DNA from: an uncultured Bacilli bacterium
GTDB taxonomy: Bacteria > Bacillota_I > Bacilli_A > RF39 > UBA660
Reading direction: 5' to 3'
Length of the DNA stretch: 64,000 nt
NCBI GenBank assembly: GCA_947585665.1
Contig: CANPXE010000005.1
Span: 760 to 64,759, forward strand
The notes beneath the pieces were generated by a model, which was not told the origin of the DNA, ran no database searches, and saw only the letters and a list, made by a program, of their open reading frames with translations. Numbering within the stretch: position 1 is the first letter of the stretch; every line of letters starts with the position of its first letter. Below, one piece after another: positions 48,247-57,950 of the stretch. Both the position numbers and the translations under genes were made by a program.

Positions 48247-48587
48247 TGAAAAGATTTTGTAGGTAACTTTTTAACTAATTCTTTTCCTTCTAATTTATCG
48301 CCTAATTGTGGTATGGGAAGTTCTTCACCATACTTTTCTTTTTGTATTTTAAGCCAAACATCAAGATTAATTCGATCATTCAATCTTGGCATGACATCTT
48401 TTAGTTCTGGATAAATTTTTGTTATATGATTACGCATGACAGGGAATGCATTTCCAAGCCCTAAAGATGTAACTAATTTATCATCTAAAATAAAATAAGC
48501 AATTTCATATACTTTGTTGAAGTCATCTACACAGCTAGTACCAGTAGTAGCACTCAATACTGTACCTAAATCAAAATTCTTTACCAT
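48243..48587 (-). CDS. 114-aa hypothetical protein
   Basis: Intact ORF. The N-terminal pattern FDLGTVLSATTGTSCVDDFNKVYEIAYFILDD resembles small conserved phage- or plasmid-associated proteins, as far as I recall. Confidence 0.5.
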   Translation of the reverse strand: MVKNFDLGTVLSATTGTSCVDDFNKVYEIAYFILDDKLVTSLGLGNAFPVMRNHITKIYPELKDVMPRLNDRINLDVWLKIQKEKYGEELPIPQLGDKLEGKELVKKLPTKSFH

Positions 48588-48651
48588 AATGCACCTCAGA
48601 ACAATATTATATTTATTTATCTTTAAAAGTCAATATATTAGAAAAGAGAGA

Positions 48652-49635
48652 TTAATTATCTCCCTCTTCCAACATAGTAGTTATAAAAATACCATATCCC
48701 ATTTTATTTTTGCTTTGAATAGCGTGCGTAACGGCTCCTACTATTTTACCATCTTGAACAATTGGACTACCACTCATTCCTTTAATTACACCATTAGTCT
48801 TACTAAGTAGATTCTTATCAGTTATTTCAAATAAAATATTCTTAGTAGAATTATCATAGTCGATGTTTACTATGTTTATTTTATATTTTTCTTTTGTATT
48901 TCCGTTAGTGACAGTGTAAATATATGCTTCGCCTTCTTTAATATCATCTATGTCGCCTACTTCAATTAAATCTTGATTACTAAAAACACCACTATATGTT
49001 CCGTATATTCCACTTTCAGTATTTTCATTTATATCACCATAGATAATATCTTCATTTAGCGTTGCTTCTTTTTCACCTGTTTTATTGGATGTTGATTTAT
49101 TAATACCAGTTATCGTTGAAGAAAAGATTTTACCATCTTTAATATCTACTTTGGTATTGGAATAGCCTTCAATTATTTCGTGTCCTAAAGCACCATATAC
49201 TGATGTTTTAGGATCAATATACGTTAAAGTACCTATTCCTGTTATTTTATCTTTGACATAGAGTCCTGTCTTATAAACACCTTGTTCATCTAATTTAATG
49301 TGTAGTGTAGTTTTAATTTTTTTATTTTTTCTTAATAATGTTAGATCGATTTTCTCATCTTTTAAGGAATTATCCATATCTTTGACCATTTCATCAATAT
49401 TTGTTACTTTTAAATTGTCAACTTCTATTATTTTGTCGCCTATTTCAATATCATTATTATTAATATTCTTACCATCTATTTGATAAAAACCAACAATAAT
49501 AATTCCATTAGAAGATATTTCAATTCCAACATTTTCACCACCTAAAATTACTTTATCAGAATAAGCAAAGACTAAATTAGGTATAACAAATGTAAAAATT
49601 GTTAAAAATATTAGTAGTTTATTTTTTATTTTCAT
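48652..49635 (-). CDS. spoIVB: SpoIVB peptidase (S55) with PDZ domain
   Basis: N-terminal signal anchor, a PDZ-like region (GDKIIEVDN) and the catalytic region GIGTLTYIDP...GALGH...GMSGSPIVQDGKIVGAVTHA. Confidence 0.8.
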   Translation of the reverse strand: MKIKNKLLIFLTIFTFVIPNLVFAYSDKVILGGENVGIEISSNGIIIVGFYQIDGKNINNNDIEIGDKIIEVDNLKVTNIDEMVKDMDNSLKDEKIDLTLLRKNKKIKTTLHIKLDEQGVYKTGLYVKDKITGIGTLTYIDPKTSVYGALGHEIIEGYSNTKVDIKDGKIFSSTITGINKSTSNKTGEKEATLNEDIIYGDINENTESGIYGTYSGVFSNQDLIEVGDIDDIKEGEAYIYTVTNGNTKEKYKINIVNIDYDNSTKNILFEITDKNLLSKTNGVIKGMSGSPIVQDGKIVGAVTHAIQSKNKMGYGIFITTMLEEGDN

Positions 49636-49681
49636 AACTCATCTCCTTTTTTAAAATTAAACTACACTATTATTTTTATCA

Positions 49682-49708
49682 TAAAAAAAATTACCATAAC
49701 TGGTAATT
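49682..49708 (-). terminator. rho-independent terminator
   Basis: AATTACCA-loop-TGGTAATT hairpin followed by T7 on the minus strand. Confidence 0.7.
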
Positions 49709-49726
49709 AATTTCTTTGATTGGTAA

Positions 49727-49999
49727 TTAATTTTTTATGCCACGAAATTCATTATGAATTAAGTTTTGCCCTTTAGAATTCATTACTTGACGAGCAGGAT
49801 TTCTTTCAATATGAACATTAGCAAAAGGATCTTTTTTTGTTGGCATATTACTTTCCCCAGCTACATTAGTAGGACTAGAAGAAACTCCAGCAACACTACT
49901 TGGGCCTTTATTTAAACCGGCGATATTCCCACTTTTTAAATTTTGACTAGCAGGATTAAAAGTATTTGAACCATAACCATTAAAAGCATTATTAAACAT
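49727..49999 (-). CDS. 90-aa low-complexity protein
   Basis: AGGAGTGA RBS. N/G/S-rich, with an internal repeat VAGVSSSPTNVAGESNMPT. Confidence 0.5.
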   Translation of the reverse strand: MFNNAFNGYGSNTFNPASQNLKSGNIAGLNKGPSSVAGVSSSPTNVAGESNMPTKKDPFANVHIERNPARQVMNSKGQNLIHNEFRGIKN

Positions 50000-50098
50000 A
50001 TAATCACTCCTATTTTATATAAAAAATTATAACATAATATATATTGGTAAAAAGGATTATATTTTTATACTTTACTATTTTTGACAAAAAAAGAAGAA

Positions 50099-50329
50099 TT
50101 ATTCTTCTTCAATTTTAAAATTACTTAACGTTCCATCTTCATTTAAAATTTTATTGACATTTGCTTCAGCATTTTTTAACTTTTCATCACATACTTTAGC
50201 AATCTTCATAGCTTCCGTAAATTTGTTAATAGCGTCATCTAATGGTACATTACCACTTTCTAAATCTTTAACAATTTGTTCCAAATTATTTAAATTTTCT
50301 TCAAAAGTATTTTCTTTTTCTTTAGCCAT
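50099..50329 (-). CDS. xseB: exodeoxyribonuclease VII small subunit
   Basis: FEENLNNLEQIVKDLESGNVPLDDAI is typical of XseB. Confidence 0.9.
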   Translation of the reverse strand: MAKEKENTFEENLNNLEQIVKDLESGNVPLDDAINKFTEAMKIAKVCDEKLKNAEANVNKILNEDGTLSNFKIEEE

Positions 50330-50337
50330 AATTCCTC

Positions 50338-51657
50338 CTATATAACTTTACTATTTATTTTACCATCACTTAGTTCAATCTCTAAAATATCATCTTTTTT
50401 TAAATCTTTAACTTTAGTAATTACTCTATTGTTTTTACGTGTAATGGAGTAACCTCTTTTAATCGTTGAAAGAGGATTTAAAGTCTCTAATTTATTGACT
50501 AATAATAAGTATTTATTAGTGTTATTAGTTAAAAGATTAGTCATATTGATATGTAATCTATCCATTTGTTTTAAGTATTCATCTTTTTTGTTTTTATAGA
50601 TGATATCAGGATTATTTAAGATATAACTTGCTTTGATGTTATTGAGACGCGTCTTATTAGTATTTATAATATTTAAAATATTTAACTGTAGACGTTCTAA
50701 TAAATTATCAAATTTCTGTTCAACACTTTCATAAATATTTAAAGGATTTTTTAAGACATAACTATTTTTTAAAGAATCTAATCTCTCTTTTAAGTTTTTG
50801 ATGATGTTATTAGTACTCTTATTAAGACGTATATATATTTGATTTAAATAATTATAAAAATCACTTATATTAGGAACAGCCATTTCGGCAGCTCCAGTTG
50901 GTGTAGGAGCACGTAAGTCACTGACGAAATCACAAATGGTGAAATCAATTTCATGACCAACTGCTGAAATTACAGGAACATCTAAATCATAAATGGCACG
51001 GGCAACAATCTCTTCATTGAAGCACCACATATCTTCGATTGATCCGCCACCACGACCAACTATTAAGACATCAAGATCAAAATCTTTAGTACGATTGATA
51101 TTGCGAACAATGTCTTCAGCGGCTTCTTTTCCTTGTACTAAGCTGGGAAAAAGAATGGTTTCTGCAATGGGCCAACGTCTTTTAATCGTCGATAAAATAT
51201 CTTTGATTGCGGCACCAGTTGGTGCTGTGATTATACCAATCTTTTTCGGAATCTTGGGAATCTTTTTCTTATGCTTAGGATCAAATAATCCTTCTTGTTC
51301 CAATTTCTTTTTTAACTTTTCAAATTCGACATAGAGGTTACCCATACCATCTTCAATCATATCACTGACATAGATTTGATAACCACCAGTTGCTTCATAA
51401 ACACTAACTTTACCAATGACTAACACTTTTGTACCATCCATTGGACTAAATTTTAATTTAGAAGCGTTTCCTGCGAACATAACGGCATTTATACGCGTGT
51501 TTTCATCTTTAATAGTAAAATATAAGTGTCCACGCGAATGAGCCTTAAAATTGGATATTTCGCCCTTTAAACAAATATGATTTAAATTGCTATCATTATC
51601 CATCTTATATTTAATATATCTAGTTAATTGTGTAACTGTAATGTAATTATCAGTCAT
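50338..51657 (-). CDS. xseA: exodeoxyribonuclease VII large subunit
   Basis: OB-fold N-terminus (GEISNFKAHSRGHLYFTIKD) and catalytic region RGGGSIEDMWCFNEE. Confidence 0.93.
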   Translation of the reverse strand: MTDNYITVTQLTRYIKYKMDNDSNLNHICLKGEISNFKAHSRGHLYFTIKDENTRINAVMFAGNASKLKFSPMDGTKVLVIGKVSVYEATGGYQIYVSDMIEDGMGNLYVEFEKLKKKLEQEGLFDPKHKKKIPKIPKKIGIITAPTGAAIKDILSTIKRRWPIAETILFPSLVQGKEAAEDIVRNINRTKDFDLDVLIVGRGGGSIEDMWCFNEEIVARAIYDLDVPVISAVGHEIDFTICDFVSDLRAPTPTGAAEMAVPNISDFYNYLNQIYIRLNKSTNNIIKNLKERLDSLKNSYVLKNPLNIYESVEQKFDNLLERLQLNILNIINTNKTRLNNIKASYILNNPDIIYKNKKDEYLKQMDRLHINMTNLLTNNTNKYLLLVNKLETLNPLSTIKRGYSITRKNNRVITKVKDLKKDDILEIELSDGKINSKVI

Positions 51658-52067
51658 TATTTCTCTCCATCTTTAAAAATCTTATCAAGAGTAGCATTAA
51701 TCATTTTAGTTACTTTTTCATCACTATATTTTTTAGATAATTCAATTGCTTCATTAATCGAAACAACGCTAGGTGTATCAGTATATTTCAATTCATATAT
51801 ACCAATTGATAAAATAGCCTTATCAACTTTAGATAAACGCTCAATATCCCAATCAACTAAATATTCATTAGCGATTTTAACAATCTCTTTTTGTTTTTCT
51901 AAAACACCATTAACTAATAAATTGACAAAATCATTTTCAACTTCTAATAGATCTTTAATAATAGCCTTTATATCATAATCAGTCTTACTAGCTTCATAAA
52001 TATATACTTGATATAAAGCTTTCATTGCTATTTCACGAAGTTCACTTCGACTTTTCATACCCATCAC
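51657..52067 (-). CDS. nusB: transcription antitermination factor NusB
   Basis: SRSELREIAMKALYQ... is the NusB fold signature. One-nucleotide overlap with xseA. Confidence 0.9.
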   Translation of the reverse strand: MMGMKSRSELREIAMKALYQVYIYEASKTDYDIKAIIKDLLEVENDFVNLLVNGVLEKQKEIVKIANEYLVDWDIERLSKVDKAILSIGIYELKYTDTPSVVSINEAIELSKKYSDEKVTKMINATLDKIFKDGEK

Positions 52068-52085
52068 CTATAAAAATTTTATCAT

Positions 52086-52124
52086 AAAAAAAAGATAAAG
52101 TCATTACTATCTTAAACTTTATCT
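52086..52124 (-). terminator. terminator after the three-paralogue block
   Basis: AGATAAAGT ... ACTTTATCT 9-bp stem followed by T8 on the minus strand. Confidence 0.65.
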
Positions 52125-52138
52125 CAAACATTATTCTA

Positions 52139-53158
52139 TTATTTAGAACCAATTTTTTTAATTTTAATTTTTTCACCATAAGATTCCTCTTCAAGACTAC
52201 TAATTGTTGTTTCGGTATCAAAAAAATTAGTACTATTACTCAATGTTAGGGAATCATCAAGGAAAAACTTTTTAGCTTTGGCACTATTAATACTTATACC
52301 AAGGTTTTGCAAATAATCCGTAATCATTAATGGTGATTCTAAGTAAGGATATCCAAATCTTTTTTCATCATACTTTTTTAATTTTTTATATATATCACAA
52401 ATTAATTTAAAAGCGACATTATAATCAGATGTAACACCTCTTGTATGATTAGCATAAATACATAAAATTACGCATTTTTTAAGAGCTGTAAGATTCCATT
52501 CTTTATCTTGAAATCCTTGTCTTTGGATAATGGCCAAATAATCATTTTCATTGTTGACATCAAATGCTGTACCAATAATATAGAGTTGATCCGAAGGTGT
52601 ACTCAATAATACAATATCCCTTTTTTGACCATTTTTAAGCTTAACTATTTTTTTCTTTTTATATGTCGTTAATAATGAAGTACGCACTTCCATAGTAAAT
52701 AATTTTGATGTTTTTAAAAAGTGATGAAAGTCTTTACTATTAAAAGTATCTATTGAACGTCCTTGTAGATTATCTATAATTTCTTCTAAACAGGCATTTA
52801 GTAAATCTTTTCTTGTCAGTTTTTGAGGATTATCACCAAGAATAATTTCAGCATTTTTATTGATTAAAAATAATAATTGATTTAAATCATAAAATTCATT
52901 TTCAACATCAACTTTTACCTGATCGGTACATCTAGCATTAAGAAAAGATTCTATTAATTTAGAAAAATTGCAACTATAAATGGTTATTTCCGACTGACAT
53001 TTACTATCAAAATAACGCATTTCTCTTTGAAAATTATAACATCTTATTTGATAGTCATTTTTTTCTCTATTATGGACTTTCTCAGTTTCAATAAAAGCTA
53101 TACTTGAGCCACAAACACCCGTTAATAAAAATGTCAAAAATAATGTTCCTCCCAACAT
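52139..53158 (-). CDS. membrane-anchored protein of unknown function (paralogue 1 of 3)
   Basis: AGGTGA RBS and an N-terminal TM segment. Shared block CNFSKLIESFLNARCTDQVKVDVENEFYDLNQLLFLIN. Confidence 0.65.
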   Translation of the reverse strand: MLGGTLFLTFLLTGVCGSSIAFIETEKVHNREKNDYQIRCYNFQREMRYFDSKCQSEITIYSCNFSKLIESFLNARCTDQVKVDVENEFYDLNQLLFLINKNAEIILGDNPQKLTRKDLLNACLEEIIDNLQGRSIDTFNSKDFHHFLKTSKLFTMEVRTSLLTTYKKKKIVKLKNGQKRDIVLLSTPSDQLYIIGTAFDVNNENDYLAIIQRQGFQDKEWNLTALKKCVILCIYANHTRGVTSDYNVAFKLICDIYKKLKKYDEKRFGYPYLESPLMITDYLQNLGISINSAKAKKFFLDDSLTLSNSTNFFDTETTISSLEEESYGEKIKIKKIGSK

Positions 53159-53168
53159 ATTACATCAC

Positions 53169-54236
53169 CTACTTTAATACTTTAACCAATTTTTTTGGTG
53201 TTTGATCAATTTGATTATTTGATCTATCTTTATCAAATTCATTTATTAAGTCAATATAATAATCTTTAAGAGGACTATAACGATCTTTAGATGGAGGTAG
53301 ACACTTGGAATAATGGTCAATGGTATCATCATCCATAATGTCTTTAACAAATCGCCTAATAATGTTTTGACAATGATCTCTATTACTTTCCCATAAATCT
53401 TCACAAAGAGCAAGCACTAAGTCCTTCGCTATTATTTTGTTTCGTTTATCATCTATAGCAAACTGACAACTTCTTTTAATGATAATTTGAGCTATGACTA
53501 AGTCATTATAATGAAACTCTGCACATCGCGCGCTAACTAGTTTTCTAATCAAAGTGATATTACTATTTTTTTTAATTTCTTCATAATTATCATTTTCTTG
53601 AGCTAATATTTCAAAAATAGCAAGATAATCTTTATCGCATTCGGGATCAAAACCTTGACTAGCAACTGATTGTAAATACCAACGCTCACCTGAAAAAAAC
53701 TTCCTCTTTCTTCCATCTGGTAATATTGATATATGGGCTTTTTTATACTTTTCTAATAGGCCATTTTTAATATTTTCATTTAAGACTTCAGTCTTTCTTA
53801 AATATTTTTTTAAGTCATTATCATTAAAACTATTTAAAGGACGACCTTTTAAAAATTTATTGACATCATTTAAAATAGTATTTAATAAAACTTCTCGTGA
53901 TTTAATAGGACAATTATCAATCATATAGTAATAAGTGTTAATGAGATATAATAATAAATTTAAATAATAGTAATCTTCTTCTACATCAATGGTAATATGG
54001 TCAGTAAAACGACTATCAAGATATTTTTGAATGAGATTTGTGAAATTACAAGTATTGACAGTTATTTCATCAAAATGACACTTTTCCTCAAAATAACGCA
54101 TAATTTGTTGCGTTTTATAGTCTTTGGCATTTAAATCTTGTAGATGTTTTATATCATTTTTTATGCTAGTATATCCAATGATGGTAGTTCCAGTGCCCAT
54201 TATAACAGATGTTAATAATGCTACCCCAAAAGTCAT
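53169..54236 (-). CDS. membrane-anchored protein of unknown function (paralogue 2 of 3)
   Basis: AGGGGGAA RBS and an N-terminal TM segment. Shared block CNFTNLIQKYLDSRFTDHITIDVEEDYYYLNLLLYLIN. Confidence 0.65.
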   Translation of the reverse strand: MTFGVALLTSVIMGTGTTIIGYTSIKNDIKHLQDLNAKDYKTQQIMRYFEEKCHFDEITVNTCNFTNLIQKYLDSRFTDHITIDVEEDYYYLNLLLYLINTYYYMIDNCPIKSREVLLNTILNDVNKFLKGRPLNSFNDNDLKKYLRKTEVLNENIKNGLLEKYKKAHISILPDGRKRKFFSGERWYLQSVASQGFDPECDKDYLAIFEILAQENDNYEEIKKNSNITLIRKLVSARCAEFHYNDLVIAQIIIKRSCQFAIDDKRNKIIAKDLVLALCEDLWESNRDHCQNIIRRFVKDIMDDDTIDHYSKCLPPSKDRYSPLKDYYIDLINEFDKDRSNNQIDQTPKKLVKVLK

Positions 54237-54256
54237 ATAAATTCCCCCTATTTGCT

Positions 54257-55246
54257 TTAATTATTTCGATTATATCTTTTTTCTTTAACTTTAGGTTTTG
54301 TTTTGGTAATATCATTTTCCATATTTTCTAAATATGATGATATATCCTTTGGCATTTCTACAATCATTTTTTGCGATGGATTTAGTAGAGCATGAGCATA
54401 AGCTATTAAATGATCTTCAATAGTTGATTGTTCGATTTCTTTACCGACATTATTATGAATAAAAACAGCATATTCCTTAAGTATTAGATAAGCAATATGA
54501 TAACCATGCTGATAATACTCTTCGCGTTCTTCTAATATTGGCTTAACAACTCTTTTTAATAGACCAATGTCCCAAGGTACACTTTGTAAAAGAATATTAT
54601 TAGTGACGATATCAACAATTATACTATTGTAATTATTTTCTTTATCAGGATTAAAAGCAAATCTTGTTAGATTATCCTTATATTCGCTACTGGCTTCAAA
54701 GTAGAAATATTTTCTTTTTTGATTGTGAATATTAACCCAAGGACGATTTTTATAAAGCCTTAGGATGTCTTTTTTTGTTTCTCTACTAATTAAAGAAGTA
54801 TCTTTAATAAACTCTATAGCATCCTTATCTGTAAAAGGAACCAGGGATTTACCATTTTCTGAAAATGAAATATAAACATCATTTAAAATAGTATCTAAGA
54901 GTTTCCTTCTTGACATGTTTACATCTAATGAATTAACAATTTCATCATAGTGATGATTAATGATAAATAGAAATTGATTTAAATCATAAAAATCTTTGTC
55001 AATATCAACTTTTACATAATCAGTGTAATGACTATTTAAAAATTTTTGAATGACATCATTAAAATTATAATGTTCTTTGGCGATGTCTTTAATTGGATCC
55101 TCGCCCTCTCTTTCTAATAACCATCTTTGCTCATAATATTGCATTTCCCAAGTATCTTTGTGTTCGCCAAATTTAATTTCTTTAGCAAAAAATATTATAT
55201 TAAATGTAAAAAGGGCACCGGCACCAAATATAAGTAAAAATTCCAT
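54257..55246 (-). CDS. membrane-anchored protein of unknown function (paralogue 3 of 3)
   Basis: AGGGGGAA RBS 20 nt after the obg stop and an N-terminal TM segment. Shared block YNFNDVIQKFLNSHYTDYVKVDIDKDFYDLNQFLFIIN. Confidence 0.65.
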   Translation of the reverse strand: MEFLLIFGAGALFTFNIIFFAKEIKFGEHKDTWEMQYYEQRWLLEREGEDPIKDIAKEHYNFNDVIQKFLNSHYTDYVKVDIDKDFYDLNQFLFIINHHYDEIVNSLDVNMSRRKLLDTILNDVYISFSENGKSLVPFTDKDAIEFIKDTSLISRETKKDILRLYKNRPWVNIHNQKRKYFYFEASSEYKDNLTRFAFNPDKENNYNSIIVDIVTNNILLQSVPWDIGLLKRVVKPILEEREEYYQHGYHIAYLILKEYAVFIHNNVGKEIEQSTIEDHLIAYAHALLNPSQKMIVEMPKDISSYLENMENDITKTKPKVKEKRYNRNN

Positions 55247-55266
55247 AATTCCCCCTAATAGAAATA

Positions 55267-56538
55267 TTATTTAAACTCAAAGTCAAAGTCAAGAATACGA
55301 ACGATATCGCCTTCTTTAGCTCCCATTTCTAATAATTTATCATCAACGCCCATACGACGAATTCTTTTCGCAAAACGTTGGATACTCTCATCAGTATTGA
55401 ACTTTGTCATTTTAAATACGCGTTCGACTTCTGTGCCACGGATGACCCAAACATCGCCTTCTTTAGTAATTGTATAAGGTTCTTCTTTTTTGAATTTATA
55501 AAGGACGTGTGACTCAAAGGCTTCATCTTCAAAAAGCGGTTCGTTAGGAAGTTTATCTAACTCTTCGGCTAAGTAATCAATGACGTCTTGAAGTCCCGTA
55601 TTAGTTATAGCACTAACTTCAAATATTTTAACATTCTTAACTTTCTTTTTGAATTCTTTTAAGTTTTCTTCTGAATTAGCACCATCCATTTTATTCGCAA
55701 TAATTATTTGTGGTTTCTTTAAAAGATTCTTATTGAAGTCCTCTAATTCTTTATTAATTTTAATATAGTCTTCATAAGGATCTCTTCCTTCAAAAGAACT
55801 GATATCAATGACATGGGCAATGATCTTTGTTCTTTCAACATGTCGAAGAAATCTATCACCTAAACCTTCGCCTTGACTAGCACCTTCAATTAATCCTGGA
55901 AGATCGGCAAGAACAAAACTCTTACCATTACGACTTTGACAAACACCTAAATTTGGAACCAGTGTCGTGAAGTGATATGCCCCAATTTTAGGACGGGCTT
56001 TACTGACACAGGAAATGATAGTACTCTTACCAACACTTGGCATTCCAACTAACCCAACATCGGCCATTAGTTTTAGTTCAACTTTTAATTCACGTTCTTC
56101 GCCAGGCTCGCCATTTTCCGCGAAATTAGGAGCGGGATTAGACTGTGTTTTAAAAGCTGTATTGCCACGGCCACCACGGCCACCATAAGCAACTACTACT
56201 TCATCATTTTTACCTTTTAAATCAGCAATTATTAAATCCGTATCAAGATCCGTAATAACGGTACCTTGGGGAACTTTGACAATGACGTCACTAGCATTTG
56301 CTCCATTCTGATTTTTTCCTTTACCATTTTCGCCCTTTTCACCTTTTATCGTTTTCATGTAACGCAAATCAATTAAAGTATGAAGTCCCGTATCAACTAC
56401 AAACTTGATATTAGCACCTCTTCCGCCATTACCACCATAAGGCCCACCCATAGGGATATACTTTTCACGGCGAAAGGCAAGACAACCATCACCACCACGA
56501 CCTGCAATTACTTTAATTTTTGTTTCATCAATAAACAT
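55267..56538 (-). CDS. obg: GTPase Obg
   Basis: Obg-fold glycine-rich N-terminus (GGDGCLAFRREKY..GGPYGGNGGRG), G1 GMPSVGKST, DLPGLIEGA and a C-terminal OCT domain. Confidence 0.95.
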   Translation of the reverse strand: MFIDETKIKVIAGRGGDGCLAFRREKYIPMGGPYGGNGGRGANIKFVVDTGLHTLIDLRYMKTIKGEKGENGKGKNQNGANASDVIVKVPQGTVITDLDTDLIIADLKGKNDEVVVAYGGRGGRGNTAFKTQSNPAPNFAENGEPGEERELKVELKLMADVGLVGMPSVGKSTIISCVSKARPKIGAYHFTTLVPNLGVCQSRNGKSFVLADLPGLIEGASQGEGLGDRFLRHVERTKIIAHVIDISSFEGRDPYEDYIKINKELEDFNKNLLKKPQIIIANKMDGANSEENLKEFKKKVKNVKIFEVSAITNTGLQDVIDYLAEELDKLPNEPLFEDEAFESHVLYKFKKEEPYTITKEGDVWVIRGTEVERVFKMTKFNTDESIQRFAKRIRRMGVDDKLLEMGAKEGDIVRILDFDFEFK

Positions 56539-56621
56539 AGTATCACCACTCTTTTTATTTCCATATTATATCACATCTATTATATCAAATAAACAAAATA
56601 AAAAAGAGATAAATCTCTTTA

Positions 56622-56912
56622 TTACTCACTTACAGGATAACAACTAACTTGTGTTTTATCTTTTCCAACGCGTTCATATTTAACAACACCAGTTACGGTT
56701 GTAAATAAAGTATCATCACTTCCGCGTTTTACATTAACTCCTGGGAAAATCTTTGTTCCTCTTTGACGATAGATAATTGACCCAGCAGTAGCTGTTTGTC
56801 CATCTCCAACTTTAGCTCCTAATCTACGACCAGCAGAATCACGTCCATTAGATGTAGAACCTTGTCCTTTGTGGTGAGCAAATAATTGTATATTTAATCT
56901 TAAAAAGCTCAT
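56622..56912 (-). CDS. rpmA: 50S ribosomal protein L27 with a cleavable N-terminal extension
   Basis: [12 protein letters not shown]|[14 protein letters not shown]. The extension is typical of Prp-processed L27. Confidence 0.95.
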   Translation of the reverse strand: MSFLRLNIQLFAHHKGQGSTSNGRDSAGRRLGAKVGDGQTATAGSIIYRQRGTKIFPGVNVKRGSDDTLFTTVTGVVKYERVGKDKTQVSCYPVSE

Positions 56913-57220
56913 TAGTTTTCCTCCTCTATCTTAATATTTTTAGGATAATCATTTTCCAATTCCTTTAACAAATTAAGCATATTCGTTATTAGATTATCAA
57001 CGATTTCATTATGTTCATTAATAATGATTGTAAAATTATCTTCTTTTGAATTATAGGTTAGATATTTTTGATCAAACATAAGAATGGCATTTACAGTTGT
57101 CGTAACAATACTTGAAACACTACTACAAACGATATCTTTCCCATAACTAGCATAATCAGCGTGTCCTAAGACATCAATCTTTTTAATATCTTTGTCTTTA
57201 GATACTACTACTCTAATCAT
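56912..57220 (-). CDS. prp: ribosomal-processing cysteine protease Prp
   Basis: About 100 aa, located between rplU and rpmA. GHADYA...DIVCSSVS contains the catalytic His and Cys. Confidence 0.85.
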   Translation of the reverse strand: MIRVVVSKDKDIKKIDVLGHADYASYGKDIVCSSVSSIVTTTVNAILMFDQKYLTYNSKEDNFTIIINEHNEIVDNLITNMLNLLKELENDYPKNIKIEEEN

Positions 57221-57222
57221 AA

Positions 57223-57525
57223 TTAACCTTTAATCTTTTTAATTTCAACTTTTGTATAAGGTTGTCTATGACCCATTGTACGACGGTTACTTCTATCTTT
57301 TTGTTTATAAGTAAAGATTCTTATTTTCTTACCTTTACCATTTTTAACAATTTCACCTTCAACAGATGCACCACTAAGATAAGGATTACCTACTTTGTCG
57401 TCACACATTAATACTTCGTTAAAAACAACTTTATCTCCTGCTTCACCATCAAGCTTTTCAACAAAGATAAAATCACCTTCACTGACATAGTATTGCTTAC
57501 CACCAGTCTTAATAACTGCTTTCAT
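57223..57525 (-). CDS. rplU: 50S ribosomal protein L21
   Basis: MKAVIKTGGKQY... is typical of L21. Confidence 0.95.
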   Translation of the reverse strand: MKAVIKTGGKQYYVSEGDFIFVEKLDGEAGDKVVFNEVLMCDDKVGNPYLSGASVEGEIVKNGKGKKIRIFTYKQKDRSNRRTMGHRQPYTKVEIKKIKG

Positions 57526-57621
57526 GAATATTCCTCCTTTATATATTTTCTAGACTCGCTTTTGAGGTACATAAATGTTTAAACCTTTTCAATGCGGTTT
57601 GAAGCTATAAAGGCATCAAAC
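57526..57621 (-). promoter_or_regulatory. structured 5' leader of rplU (candidate L21 ribosomal-protein leader)
   Basis: About 95 nt between the predicted TSS and the AAGGAGG RBS. AATGTTT ... AAACATT pairing encloses an internal hairpin. The position matches the Firmicutes L21 leader, but I did not verify the family. Confidence 0.4.
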
Positions 57622-57627
57622 ATTAAG

Positions 57628-57656
57628 ATTTTAACATAAACAGCGATTTTAGTCAA
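57628..57656 (-). promoter_or_regulatory. sigma-A-type promoter of rplU-prp-rpmA
   Basis: Minus strand TTGACT-17 nt-TAAAAT. Confidence 0.6.
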
Positions 57657-57698
57657 CATTTACAATAATTTTTATGCGAAAGAAAAAGAAAAATTTAA

Positions 57699-57917
57699 TT
57701 AATTAAACTTTTCCATTTGCTTCATAATTTGATTAATTTGTTTTTGAGATGGTTTTCTACCCATTTGTAACATTAAAGTTTTAATCATTTCTTCATTTAT
57801 TGGTGGATTTTTCTTTAAGTAACTAGTCATAACTTTCTTACAAACAAAGAAACCGATAATGACACCAACTACTAATCCAATTACAAGCCATAATATGTTT
57901 TGCCACATATAAATCAT
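57699..57917 (-). CDS. yneF: YneF/UPF0154 small membrane protein
   Basis: A single TM segment followed by LKKNPPINEEMIKTLMLQMGRKPSQKQINQIM, characteristic of UPF0154. Confidence 0.8.
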   Translation of the reverse strand: MIYMWQNILWLVIGLVVGVIIGFFVCKKVMTSYLKKNPPINEEMIKTLMLQMGRKPSQKQINQIMKQMEKFN

Positions 57918-57950
57918 CTCCTATTTAGTATTTTACTAAAAATTATATGA

